Positions 1 to 12,400 of a DNA stretch of 64,000 nucleotides are shown here, one piece after another. The position numbers and the translations under genes are program-made. The notes beneath the pieces are model-generated. The model saw nothing but the letters and a program-made list of their open reading frames with translations. It was not told the DNA's origin and made no database searches. Within the stretch, counting starts at the first letter, position 1. The number at the start of each line of letters is the position of its first letter. This DNA comes from Gnetum montanum (taxonomy: Eukaryota > Plantae > Gnetophyta). Location: contig MNCI01000167.1 in assembly GCA_015680685.1 (NCBI GenBank), forward strand, positions 64,346 through 128,345, written 5' to 3'.

Positions 1-1296
1 TGTTGGAGATGATATGTCCCTTCTTTTCACGATAGTGGAGGTGAGCTGATAAGATGGGAAATCTCTGTATATGCTAGCATATCTGGTCCTTGAAGTATGA
101 GATTCATAAAAGAGAAAATCTGCCCATGACTCTTGGGTTTGCCTCAGGAAAGGATAAGAAGAATAATACAAACAAGGCAAGTGTCCAAATTTGTTCCACC
201 ATCTGTAGAAAGCATCATTGGGTTGGATCTAAAGGGTTAAAGGAGATATCTATTGATGTCAGGGGCATGCAATGCAGGGTATGCTTTAATCTGATATACA
301 TATAAAGAGTTTGAAACTCTTGCCAAATGATCAACAAACCAGTCAAAACTTCTTCTATATTGATTATTTAACTCAGAAAATTCATCAGCCGGTAGATTTT
401 GTTCTTCTGGGGATGCATGTCAGAGGAATTTTGAAGACCTTTCCTGCCATCTTTGTCCAAGCAAGAATCCTGAAATACTCAAGAAGAATTGTTAAATTCT
501 CAAGTCAAGTAATCTGCTTAATTATTAATTTTACATTCAATGAATTCTGCATCGAAATCAAAATTTGATAACCATAAAGACCATCTTAATAACCTAGAAC
601 ATGCAACCTTATTCATATTTTTACTTTGTAAGAAGCTTTTGAAATGTTTAAGATCGTATTTAACAAGAAAATTTTCTGTTTGTAAGAAAACTCTAAAGCT
701 TTCAATACTCTTGATGATGGCTAATATTTCTTTATGGGTGCTGTGATATTCTTGTTGGGTATTGTTGAAAGATCCTGAGGCGTATCTGCAGATTTTTTCT
801 TTATTCTGATCTTTTTCCTTGAGTACTGCTCCCCAATATGTTTCAGATGCATCTGTTCCTAATGTTTTAAAACCATTGCTGGGCAATTTTAATTTTGGAA
901 GATTTTTAACTTTTTTTATCTGCTTTACTGCTTGTGTATGCTTATCTGACCACTTAGGTGGTTTTTTAGTAAGCTGTTTGTTTAGCAGTTGTCTATCTGT
1001 GGCAACATTAGCATAGAGACCTGAAACATAATTTAGACATCTTAGAAATCTCTGTCGTTGATTTTTTATGTTTAATAATGTTCGGAAATTGAGATGTTTT
1101 CTTTAAGATGTGATCTTGCATTTGGATTTGTACTTCCTTTATGTGAATTCTTAAAAATTCAATTTTGGGAACTCCAATTTTCATTTTTGAAGGGGATAGA
1201 ACTAATCCATTGTTTTTAATGATTTCCTAAAAATGTTCTAGATGTTTAAGATGCTTGTGGACATTTTTACTAAATACTAGAATATTATCAATATAA
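1..1296 (-). mobile_element. Endogenous caulimovirid (pararetrovirus) fragment: RT C-terminus, RNase H, and start of a downstream ORF
   Basis: Minus strand reads YIDNILVFSKN..HLKHL...IIKNNGLVLSPSKMKIG..IEFL (RT, 1296-1150). ORF 518-886 gives TDASETYWGAVL..ICRYASGSFNNTQQEYHSTHKEILAII..RLLRWSLWLSNFDF, a caulimovirid-type RNase H. A downstream frame IQPNDAFYRWWNKFGH runs off the window edge. No integrase follows RNase H. Confidence 0.85.
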
Positions 1297-1878
1297 GGTG
1301 GCAAATACGGTCCATCGTGGATTGAACACACCTAAAAAGCACTGTCCACAAATAGGTGAGAGTGATTACAATAACAACCATATGTTGGCTAAATAAAATT
1401 GCAGCTGCTCAATGACTGCAAAATTGTTGGCCAAGGACAGAATGTTAACACTGAGAAGGCTAAGGTATAAAAGATAGAGGCATTTGAAAGAATAGACATA
1501 ACATGAATTCTTTGAACTTTTTTATGATTTCACAGTAGGCAATTTTGTGAACAGCTACAGTGCACTAAAACCTTGTAGATTTGTTAAAATATGAAAATAC
1601 ATCAATACACAATAAGTACAAAAACGAAACTGTAATGTGCACACTATTGCAAACAATTTAGAGCTACAAGAGCTAGAAACAGCAGGAATAACAACATCCA
1701 ATTATCATATGGTCGTTTGTGGTCATTTATTTCAAATCTTTTGATTAATTCTACAGTAAAATTGCTAAACCTATGCGTGAATCCAATTGAACAAACCACA
1801 TTAATGACTCCACTATAAAACCACAAAACCTATGGGTGGATTTAAATTAACAGCACCAAGATCTAGCTCTAAAACAGG

Positions 1879-2002
1879 TCAATCAATGTTAATTTTAAGA
1901 ATTAAGAGATAATTTTAGAAGAAATTGCCATAGTAAAATATCAATCAATATTAATTTTAAGAATTAAGAGATAATTTTAGAAAAAATTGCCATAGTAAAA
2001 TA
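1879..2002. repeat. 62-bp tandem duplication (2 copies)
   Basis: tcaatcaat(g/a)ttaattttaagaattaagagataattttagaa(g/a)aaattgccatagtaaaata starts at both 1879 and 1941. Confidence 0.9.
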
Positions 2003-2529
2003 TTTGTGCAAGAATCATCAGATTAAAAAAAATCAAACATTTTTTTACTTAACCTAAAAAGAATTATTTAATCAAGATCATTTGCACATTTGTAATCTGA
2101 AGAAATGACCACAAAAGTAGATAAATTAATAATTTCAGATTTGTTCAATCGCATAATAATATTTTATAATTTCAAGCAACACACAAAACAAGACCATCTG
2201 AATTTAAATCTTGTAACCATTTTACCATTAATCATTTAATCAAGCAATTCATATGTTCAACAGCAGAGAATGGATAGATCACAACAATAAATTAATATCC
2301 TAGGTTTTCCCCCCACTCTATCAACTTATAGAAAGATATCAAAATCAAACTTGAGAAGACATAGAAAAAAAAGTATAATTCAAGATTCAAATCCAAGATT
2401 TATGCATTCAAAGGGGGAGTGTTCATCAACCAAATTTCAACCAAAACCCAAGAATTCAACAATTCTAAATCATGCACAATTATCTATGGGACCAAGGATA
2501 CTCTCATTTTCTGCTAGAGGTACCAATCC

Positions 2530-5500
2530 TCATATCAGGGACCCCTGCGGGCTGAAAGGAGCGACCTTGCTAGGGGTTTGTCGGTAGCTGATGGCAGGCA
2601 CAGTGTGGGTGTTCCAGCTCATGAAGAATATCCAGTGTGTTTCGATGGAGCTCCGTGTCCACAAAACTAGTGGCCTACTGGATTCCTTGCATGGTCGACT
2701 CCCATCTGTTTCGATCCACTGTCGACGTCCCTCCATTTGGATGGAAGCGCGTCGAGGTTCAACGGATGTGGCGTCTGAGCTCCCCCCAGGAGTTGTCACA
2801 ATTGATGCCCCGGATGTGGTATGGGCACCGTCAACCTCTAAGCCATTGGCGTGTGCCCGGTCCAGTTGGCTCTGCCGCTAAGCCTCCTCCTCCTGTTCAC
2901 GTTCAAGCTGCGCCCGTTCAGCCTCCTCGTGCTTTCTTCGGGCGATTTCCTCCTGTAGCAACTCTTCTCTCACTTGGGCCTGGATCTCATTCACCAGTTG
3001 GGCTTGGGCTGCATCGGCTAGGAGGGTTTGTTGCCTCACCCTCTCCTGCTCCCTTTCTCTAATCTGGGCCTCCAAATCGGCCCGTGCCTGCATGAGGGAT
3101 TTTTTCCATTTTGCCTCCCATTCCTGCCGCTCAGCCTCACGTGCCGCGGTTGCGGCCTTTTGTGTAGCCTGTTGCAACTCCTCATCCCAGGTAGCATTGC
3201 GCTCGGAGGTCTCAGGCGGTGACAACTCCAGCATCGTGATATTGGTTGGGGGGCGTCGTCCTCACTGGCTATGTCGTTTTCGTGTGTAAGTCATTGTAGG
3301 CGGGGTCCAAGGGTTATCCCGGTTGGCAGAAGATGATGGGCCAGGCGGGGGAGCCCCCCCTCTGCCCCCCACCATAAGGCTAGGATGAACCTTGAATGAT
3401 TGCCCCGTCTTTGAAGTTGTAGGGCCACTAGAAAAAACCAGGGTAAGTTAACCTGATCCTAACTTCAGGCAACAGAGGAGGGCAAAATGGATGCCTTGGA
3501 GTTTAGAGTTGTTGCCAGACTGGACAAAAAATTTGTCCACAAGATCTACCGCTCGAGCCCAGATTCGGAGCAGGGAGGATCTGGGCACTTGTCTGCTTTG
3601 CATGCGTGGCATCGGCCCATTGAAGAACATTTCCGTGTCTTGCAATCCTCGTGCGGAAGGCAAAATGACCTTGCCAGCGGCTTGGGCCCCCAAACGCCTG
3701 GCAATCGAAGATTCCGTGATGGTTACCTCTCTCCCCTCAAAGTAAGTCCGGTCGTTGTGCCAGTTAGAGAAGAACGTGTCATCTGCAAGGTCTGGGTCAC
3801 CAACTAGCCGTTGCAGGGGGCTGTTCCAGTCGCATTGTTTCACCATTTGCCAGAGTTCTTCCTTCGCTTGGAACATGGTGCAGCCAGGTTCGAATGTTCG
3901 CGTGACACCCATCGTTGCCTTGATCTCGTTCCACGTGCATAGAGCTTGGGAAACCACCAATGGGGGCGGGGGTAGCCTGATCTATTGGAAAATAGTGCGG
4001 TTTCTTGTCTTCCACGCTACCCATAAAAGTAGCGTGGTCCGAGAGTCGTCAGTGAGGTGCATCTTGGGGGGGGGGGGGGTTTGCACCAGCTGAGTGCCAC
4101 GTGGTGCACATGTACGCACAATCAAAGATGAAATGTCAAACCGTTTTTGGCGCAGTGTCACACATTAAGGCCGCGTTTGCGCAGAAGCGTGCGAACTGGT
4201 AACATGTCATTTCGCAGTAACCATAGGAACATTTTGATCTTCTCGGGGAGTTGGACCCTCCAAATTTGTTGCCAGCTTGACACTTGTGAGTACTTGGCCA
4301 CCATCAGTCAGCGCGGTTCAAGGCCACCCTTGTGCCTGCATCACATGCGCGTGGCGGCAGAGCGTTTGCTAGGGCCTCGAATCCTGCACCCCCACCTCCC
4401 AACGACGATATTTCGCATTCATAATGCGTATCCATTGGTTCAGTTCCCCATGCGGGTGCGTGAAACGGAGCAACAAGCATTGCTATCCCAACATCAGCTC
4501 ATCCTTGAATGACGAGATGCCTAGCCCCCTCGTGTTACGGGGGTGTGCGACCTATTCCCAACTCACAAGGTGGATTTTGCCCTCCCCTTTGCCCCCTGTC
4601 CAAACGAAATGTCTGATCTGCATGTTGATCTTGTTAATGATGGTGTTCGGAGGGGTGGCAACTGCTGCCACAAATCAGGTAATCGTCATGAGAATCCTTG
4701 TTGCCAGAACCAATCGCCCCTTCCGAGTCAGGAAACGATTTGCCTAGTGACCCATCCTCCGTTCAACCTTCTCCAACAATGTCCCCCAAGACGTGCTTTG
4801 CCCCCAGTGGAAGAGTGGGATACCTAGGTAGGTGTCCTTGACTATTCCGGGAAAAATGTTCAGGACTTGCATGACTCGGTTTTTAATATGTGAATCCACA
4901 TTAATAAAATGAGCTAAGGACTTAGCCTTGTTAATCTCCAATCCCAACTCATCCGCTAGTCGGGAAAGTGCGATGTTGATGCATTGTGCTTGTGGGACCC
5001 TTGCACGACTAAGCAACATTGTGTCATCCGCATAGTGCTCGGCCCGACATTCCACCCCTGCAATGTCTAAGTCGTCAACCTCCGATGTTCTACAATAATG
5101 TTGCATCAGATCCATAGCGATAATGAATAGCAGGGGCAAAAGTGGGTCCCCCTGTTGTAACCCCCTTCTAGGCGAGGAGAGACCTCACAGCCACCTCCTC
5201 ACGTCAAAGGAGAAACCAGCAGATGACTGGATGTGGATGCAAAGCTAGATAAAACCTTGGTCAAAACCCTTCCATTGCATAATGGTAGCCAAGGCTTCCC
5301 AGCGGAGTGTGTCATACGCCTTGGTAATGTTGAGCTTGAGATAGAGCCCAGGGAAACCCGTAGTTTGAAGAGAATGGAACAACTCCTGCATGAGGAGAAC
5401 CTAATCCTACAGGGTTTGACCTTGCACAAACCCTGCTTGGTTAACTCCCACTAGCTTGGGCATGAGTGGCGCAAGCCTATGCACAATCAATTTGGAGAAA

Positions 5501-5970
5501 ACCCAAATCAAAACGTTGTAGACCTTGATAGGATGGAAGGAGCTCCACTGGATTTTTCCCACAAATGTAAGCACTGGTTGAAGTCCCCAACGATTAGCCA
5601 TGCCCGGTGGTCTGGCACTAGCATCGCCACACGTTCCATCTCCTGTAGCCTCTATTCCCAATTTTTGCGTCCCATAGAAGTTGGTCAGCCAAATCCCCTG
5701 GGAGGGGATATGGATGGTCATGGTCCATTGTGAGGTGTCAACCAACGTCATGTCGTAGTGGGCCAAGATAGCAAGACATTATGCCCGAGCCATGCAGGGG
5801 TGCACATGGGTTTTCCAGCCATCCCAAAGGAGATGGTGAGGTTCCGTCGCCTGCAACTTGGTTTCTTGGAGGCAAACAATGTCACATTCTTCATCCTGGA
5901 CAATTCGATGTAAGGTATTTCTTTTATAGGGTGTACCCTGTCCCCTACAATTCTAGCTGAAAATCTTCAT
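2530..5970 (-). pseudogene. LINE A ORF2: APE - (deletion) - RT - zf-RVT - uncharacterised C-terminal domain - coiled coil
   Basis: ORF fragments 5407-5766, 4744-5139 (HYADD), 3448-3960 and 2878-3234. The APE joins the RT start directly near 5525, indicating an internal deletion. Confidence 0.85.
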
Positions 5971-6019
5971 GTATGCTTGGATGAGCGGCACTGGTAGACC
6001 TCTCGAAGGGTCTACTATA

Positions 6020-7289
6020 ACCCCAAATCAATATTCCATTGAGCTTGTCGAGCCCTGGACCGGTTCTCACTCAAGCGTTCGGGGCGACCCTCCCCCTCTC
6101 GCACCACTGGGCTACATCTCGAGTCCTTGGGTGTGGGTTCATGCTTCGGTGCCCGACGAGACTTGATGCTCCCCCTAACCATGTTCACCCATTCGCTCAG
6201 GGGGAGGAGCTCTATCCTTGGTGTCATGGGGTCAGCTAATGACGATGGTGGTGAGGTTCTTTTGGGGGGGGGGGGGGGGGGGGGGTGGTTGGTCTGCCGG
6301 TGGGTGCAGTCGGCCCATTGTGACCCAGTCACCACCCTCAAACATCTGCTTGGCTTGGTTGCGTGGCTGCATGGGCCGTGTCCTCCGAAATCAGTAGTCC
6401 TCCTCCTGGTGATCAGGTTTCCCATAGCATGCACATCCTTTTCTGTTGCCCTCTCGAGCCTTCGTTCTTTGTTCAAGGCCTGGCTCAACCTCCAGGTTCT
6501 CAAACTTGACCTGGAGGTGTTCCTCCCTGCCTGGGAGCTCCAGAATGATTTCCCGGATGAGGTCCTTATCCAATAGCCTTCACCAAACGCAGAAACGGGC
6601 GAAGCCCATCCGCACCATTGATTTTGTGATGCTATCGAAAGCAATGAACTCCCGAAAGAACCCCACCACCTTCTCCAAGAACTTTAGGTTTCACATCTCC
6701 CATGGGATCCCGAAAATCCTCATCCACACTGGGGCCTTGGTGAACAGATCTGTCTTGTGGTGCATCCCCGGGCGCCACGGGGTTAAAGCTAGCCCTCGAG
6801 CCCCGTAAAACCATGGTCCCCCAGCAACATCGAGTCCCTAGCCTGTTGGGACGGAAAGATGGACAGAAGCAAATCCTCGGACAAACTCCAGACTTCCACT
6901 TGGCCAACCTTCCAGTGTTCTTGCACCCATCGGCGGATTAACTCCATCTGCGGGTGAGCACCCTGGGAAATGAAATGGCCAATCAGGCTTCGTTGCATGG
7001 TGTGGACTCCCTCCATCCGGGGCTTGCTGACTTAGAGGCGTAGGGTGTGGTCGGCTTGGGCGTGTGCCTCGATACCCCCACCCGGCACTCGCAACCCTTA
7101 CCCCCCTCGGTCTTGTGTGGCCCAGATTGAGTTCTCCCCATCGCCTTTGCCCATCCCCGTGTTTGCCTGAAACTCCGCCCCTACGTTTGTTGGACTCTCC
7201 TCTCCTGTGCCTGCCTGTTGCTGCTGTGCTCTGGCGCTCGCCTGTTGTTCTTGCGCGTTGGCGCCCACTTGCTGTTCCTTGCCCGTCAT
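6020..7289 (-). pseudogene. LINE A ORF1 (DUF4283-like plus degenerate zinc knuckle)
   Basis: ORF fragments 7098-7337 (ATG 7289), 6789-7016 and 6391-6573. Confidence 0.8.
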
Positions 7290-9492
7290 GCTGATCCTCC
7301 TCATTTTGTCATTGAAATTAACAAATTGAATTATCAAAATATTAGATTGCTATGCAGCACCTGTTTTCTTTCTCTTTGCTATCTCTTGTAGTAGCCATAG
7401 TCTTTACTCCCTTCCTAGCCACACTCTCTGCTGTTGTATCCCTTTCTTTTTGTCTTGCTCAGCTACTTTTGCCTTGTGTGTTTTTTTTTATTTCCTCCTT
7501 ATTTGTAGGTGGAATAAATGATAATGGATGGTTTTTTGTAATTGACTCTTTCTTGGGAACTGTTTGTTTGCTTTCTTTCTTTTTAAATTTTTTTTTCTCT
7601 TTCATTTTTACAGCAATGAATCATGAGTTCAATTCTCTTCATGATCACTATCAAAAATCAATAAAATATGTATATTTAGAGCTTGCAGGTTCAATTCCTA
7701 AATCAACAATTTTTGATGTTTTAGAATTTAGATTTTGCTAGATCTCAGGTTCAATTCCTCTTGATAATTACAAAACATTCTAGCATAATATCTATCTCTG
7801 TATCATTTAGAATTGTCATAAGATGCAAGGATAGAGTTTTCAAAATTGACTTATGATGAGGCCAATTTATGATACATAATCAAATAAGACACCTTCTTTT
7901 TCAGGTCATTAGTGATGTGAGTTTTCTCATCGTCTTATGAGCCTTGAAAGGTCATCACGTGACCTTTCTACAGCTAAGGAGAGGGTACATATACTCTACT
8001 ATTTTAAATTAAAAAGAAACAATGCATCATGTTTAGATAAAATAAAAAAATAGAATATAAAGCTACAGTATTTGCACATAATATCCTTGAGTCATGGGTT
8101 TGGTCCCTCCAACTTGATTCATAGGTTCCTCAGTAATGAGCATCCTTTTGCATCCCTTTTTTAAATCATTTACATCTCAACATACCTGTTTTAGCTCTTG
8201 AGGCACACCTTAGAGTACCGTCCTCTATTTTTCTTTTGTTTCTTAGCATCTCTGTTGAAATAGAACAGAAAATATTTTGTTTTCCCATATATTTATTATT
8301 ATTATTATTTTAAAACATTCCCAGCATGTATTTTAAAACCTATTTCTTATGCATAAAGTATTTAAACATTTAATCATAATGCATATAAAAATCAGGTCAA
8401 CAAATTTATTACTATTTCAATTTGTCATTTCCACCACAGTCCAAGCAAAGCACACACAACCTGACAACAAAACATGCACACAAACACACGGAAAGACTAT
8501 TACAATCATTAACATAAAAACTCAAGGAGAAGTGGTTTGTTAGTCCTTGATTATTTTATACAACATTAGTTGCTATTGTTGTGCATTGCTTTTGGGGATG
8601 ATCTAACAATCTTTGATCATGTTTTAGAGCAATAGAGCCTTTCCTTTATTGCACATCATATTTAGGAAATCCTGTAGCATTAGGAATGTGCCCTAAATAG
8701 CTCATTTTTAAGAAATGGTAGGAGCTTTTCAGCTGGCTGCCAACCTAATGCCAACCTTCCTTATTTCCCACCTAGGTATTCCAGCAACCATGTTGGAGTT
8801 ATCACAATACTTGTCTGTGGTCCGCTTAATTGCAATCCCTGGAAAGATTTTGTTATGCACCCTTGCTTTAATGATGATTTTGGAAACTGGATAGGTTCTC
8901 ATTGTCTTATTATATGTCCATTTGTTTTTCTATCACAAGAAGATAATCAACATGTGCCACTTCTTTGAATGGCCACTTCACCAGATACTTAATTTTCATG
9001 TCAATGTCTCTTGATTTTATTTTGCCATTGCTGTAAAATGTGCACTTCAAAGTTAAGCATTTTCATTTTTTTTCCATGTTGTGCAAACTTCTTTGCTTTG
9101 ATGTCAATTGTAGGAAGTTGGCTTCAAGGATTAGTGTAGGCTTTTGAGAAGAGTTTGGGATTTTATTACAAAAATAAACATATGTACATACGCGATCAAC
9201 ACACTTGTTAGTTAGCAGTCACAGGCAGGCACCGTCCTAATAGACCCAACAGGGTCCACAGGTGCCTTCACCCCAAAATAGCCACCTTCGCTAAAGATTC
9301 CCACCCACCCCAAAACAAGGTCCCAAGACCTTTCTAGGTGCAACCTTGCGCATGCACAACGACCCTACAACTTGACTATGTTGGCCTTGAAACCCCAAAA
9401 CTCCCATTCCTAGCCTCATTTAACACATACCACAACCTATCGGTCCAACCCCAAAGCCTAAGCTCATCACACGCCAACAACTATGACTTCCC

Positions 9493-12400
9493 CTATCGGA
9501 TGTCCACATCACCCCCAAGTGGAGACCCCTGCCGCACTTGTTCCTCTATCCTCCTTCATTCGCAACTATGCTTCCTGAAGTTTAGTGTGGATCTAATCTC
9601 GCAACTCATCTCACATGAGTTTCATTAGCATCTCTTGTTGATGCAGTTGTGTTTTGCAAACTTCAGCCTGCAACTCTTCCTGTTGTTGCTTTGCTAGATC
9701 TGTTGCCATCTGTAGGTCTTTCTCATGTGCCTCCTATCATGCCTCCCAAACCACCCTTTCCACCTCCTATGCCTGCACAGCCACCTCCCTGTTGGCCTGC
9801 CGCACAAGAGCATCAACCTCACTTGGCATCATTGACACCTTTGCTTGTGCCCCCATTGCTTTGTGTGAGGATCCACCCTCATCACCTAGCGTGTGATCTT
9901 GGCCAGCCCCCAAAGCCACTCCCCTTGAGTATCCCTAGATTGTCACCTCGAATACACAAACAGGGGTTCTGAGCTCAGCGTTGGTGTGCCATGTTGCCAC
10001 AAAGCCAATATAAGTCCCAAATGTTGCCTTGGTCTTTTATGCCGCAAGGAGCCCAAAAAGAACTGTGGCAAATTTACAGGCACCCCGTGTTTTTAGGTAG
10101 TGTAGAAAAGCAAAATGCACCCCCATCAACTTGGATGAACTTCCAGGTTGAACCATAAACCTATCGACTAGGGCCACCATAGCTTGTCAAACTTGCGGCA
10201 ACGTTGATCTTGGCATGTGCCCATTGGTCGTTTTTGGCATTTTTCCTTGGGAGAATTCTCTTGCATATGTGTAGCTGTTCAACATCGGAAGGGTTGCCTC
10301 TCCCTCCGTCGGCCCTTGCAACGTGTTCGTGATTGCTAGTTCAATCAACAAAATCCTCCTTCCTTGGAACATGGTGCCCTCCCCCTCCTAATTTGTGAAA
10401 AGGGAGCTATCCACAAGATCTGGCACCCCTTCGATCCATGGCAATAGCTCCCCCCAAACCAATCCTTGTGATCAACATCCACAACTTGGCATTTCCCCAA
10501 AATTCCTGCACTGTGGGCTCCTGATACCACTTTCGCTTTATACACTGCATTGATTCCTCCCAAAGGTGCAGCCTAGCCGTAGTAGTCACAGGCGGCAATA
10601 GTAGTCTTTGCTTCTTGAAAACCAAATTATTTCGGTATTGCCATACCACCCAAAAAACTGTGGTTGCCTTTTCATCCCCATTTGGCTAAGTAGGCGGCAC
10701 TAGCCCAATTGCTTGCCACGTGTCTATTACACAGTGGTAGGGCAAATGATTAAGAGTTTCAATGTCTTCCATGCACAAAGGGTAGCAAGGATTGATATTT
10801 AGGCCCCACTTTCTTAGGAAAGCCCTCATCGACAGCGCCATGTGCGTAATAAGCCAAGCAAACACCTTTAATTTTTCTGTTAATCTCCCTTCCCATACGA
10901 CCTTCCAGCCAGCAACCGATGGGTATCTTTCCTGAATCAATTCTTTGGGAGACTTGCCCAAAAGGTTGCACTCCCTCATCTCAGTAGCATGTTTACATAG
11001 CTCCATCTAGAATCGTGATCCCCTTGGCTCAACCTCCCAAAGTTGATACTTATGCCAGAGAAGTTTGATCCATTGCTCATGTTTCTCCCCCTGCGCCATC
11101 AGCCGGTTTGCCTATGTCTGCATCTCCAACATAATTTCCTCATTGAAGGCCAACAATCTAATTCCACTTGCAGTCTTAGGCCTTGTCATTTTTTCCCAAC
11201 AAACAAGGTGGATCTTGTCTCCTCCCTTACCCCCTGACCAAACAAAATGTTGGAGGATCTGGTCAATTTTTTGAACCACACCTGCAAGAGGTTGGGCCAT
11301 GGAAGTCATAAATCGCGCCATAGCCATCAACACAAATGAAGCTGAAAGAATCTTACCTTTCCTAGATAGAAATCGGTTAGTCTAGTGTTTAGGCCTCCTT
11401 TGTAGCTTCTGAACCAGGGCAATCCACGTTGGGCACTGGTTCCACTCGAACACTGACATTTCAAGATAGTAATCTTGTAAGGTCCCCACTAGGATACCCA
11501 ACACTTGGTAGATCTGTCCCTTCACTTGCACCATACGTAGCGCCGAATTTTCCTTATTGATTTCCAACCCAAGCTCCATTTCCATTTGTGCCAGGGCTCT
11601 TTGAAGCACCAGTGCCTGAGGAATAGTTGCATGCAAAAACAAAATTGTGTCATCTGCATAGTGCTTTGCAAGGCATTGTACCCTAGTCATCGTCACACCA
11701 CCAAGACCCTTCGACTCACAGTACCCCTACAACGAATCCATAACCATGATGAAAAGCAATGATGAGAGCAGGTCCCCTTGTTGTAGCCCCCTACCTGACA
11801 CCTCAATACCCCAAAGTTGCCCCTTAATATCAAAAGAGTGCCTTGTATAAGCTTGAATTTGAATGCAAAGATTAACAAAATTCAATGCAAAACCTTTCCA
11901 CAACATGACTTCCTGCAATGCCTTCCAACTCATTGTATCATAAGCCTTTTTGATATCCAGATTTACACACATCCCAAGATACTTCGCAAGTCGGAATGAA
12001 TGCAGAATTTCTTGCAATAAAATCACCTGACCTTGTAGGAACCAACCTTGTACAAACCTTGCTTGATTCTTCCTTACTAGCCGATGCATCAATGGGGCAA
12101 GTCGTTGTAGCTACATCTTATTGAAAATTTGAAGAAGGGTATTATAGATCCCAATCGGCTAAAAGTGCATTGGCAAAGATGGTGTCGGCATTTTAGGTAT
12201 TAGCATGATTCGTGAGCAATTAATCTCTTGGCGAACCTCTTGCCACTGTAACATACAATTAAATGCATCCAAAAGATTCTCGTCAATAATATCCACGAAC
12301 TTTGTCAAGAATTCGATGGGCCAACCATTAGGCCTTGATGCCTTGTTAGCCTTCATTGTTCCCATCACGGTTGCCAACACCTGCTCGATGAAAGGTCTAA

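Larger units (their letters stand above)
2511..7299 (-). mobile_element. L1-clade LINE, copy A (internally deleted, pseudogenised)
   Basis: ORF1 has DUF4283-like RSLIGHF..WVQEHWK..LALTPWRP..APVWMRI and a knuckle CACYGKPDH. ORF2 has APE MKIFS*NCRGQGTPYK..CLQETK (ATG 5970), RT QAGFVQG, LQQGDPL and HYADDT, and zf-RVT. Candidate TSD ctcatttt at 2503-2510 and 7300-7307. Confidence 0.9.

Noticed and set aside
2410-2425. aaagggggag-tgtt looks like a Copia PPT plus LTR start
   Set aside because: No Copia coding sequence upstream and no partner LTR found.
2591-4827. Plus-strand ORFs overlapping LINE A
   Set aside because: Antisense shadows of GC-rich LINE coding sequence with no motifs.
6263-6286. 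Long poly-G runs (also ~4066-4079) as functional G-quadruplexes
   Set aside because: Homopolymer expansions within Pro-coding LINE sequence; lengths are unreliable and not conserved in the other copies.
8660-8740. Superficial resemblance to ribosomal protein S23 (AIRKC..QLIKNG)
   Set aside because: No frame gives a sustained match and the flanking RPS23 sequence is absent.
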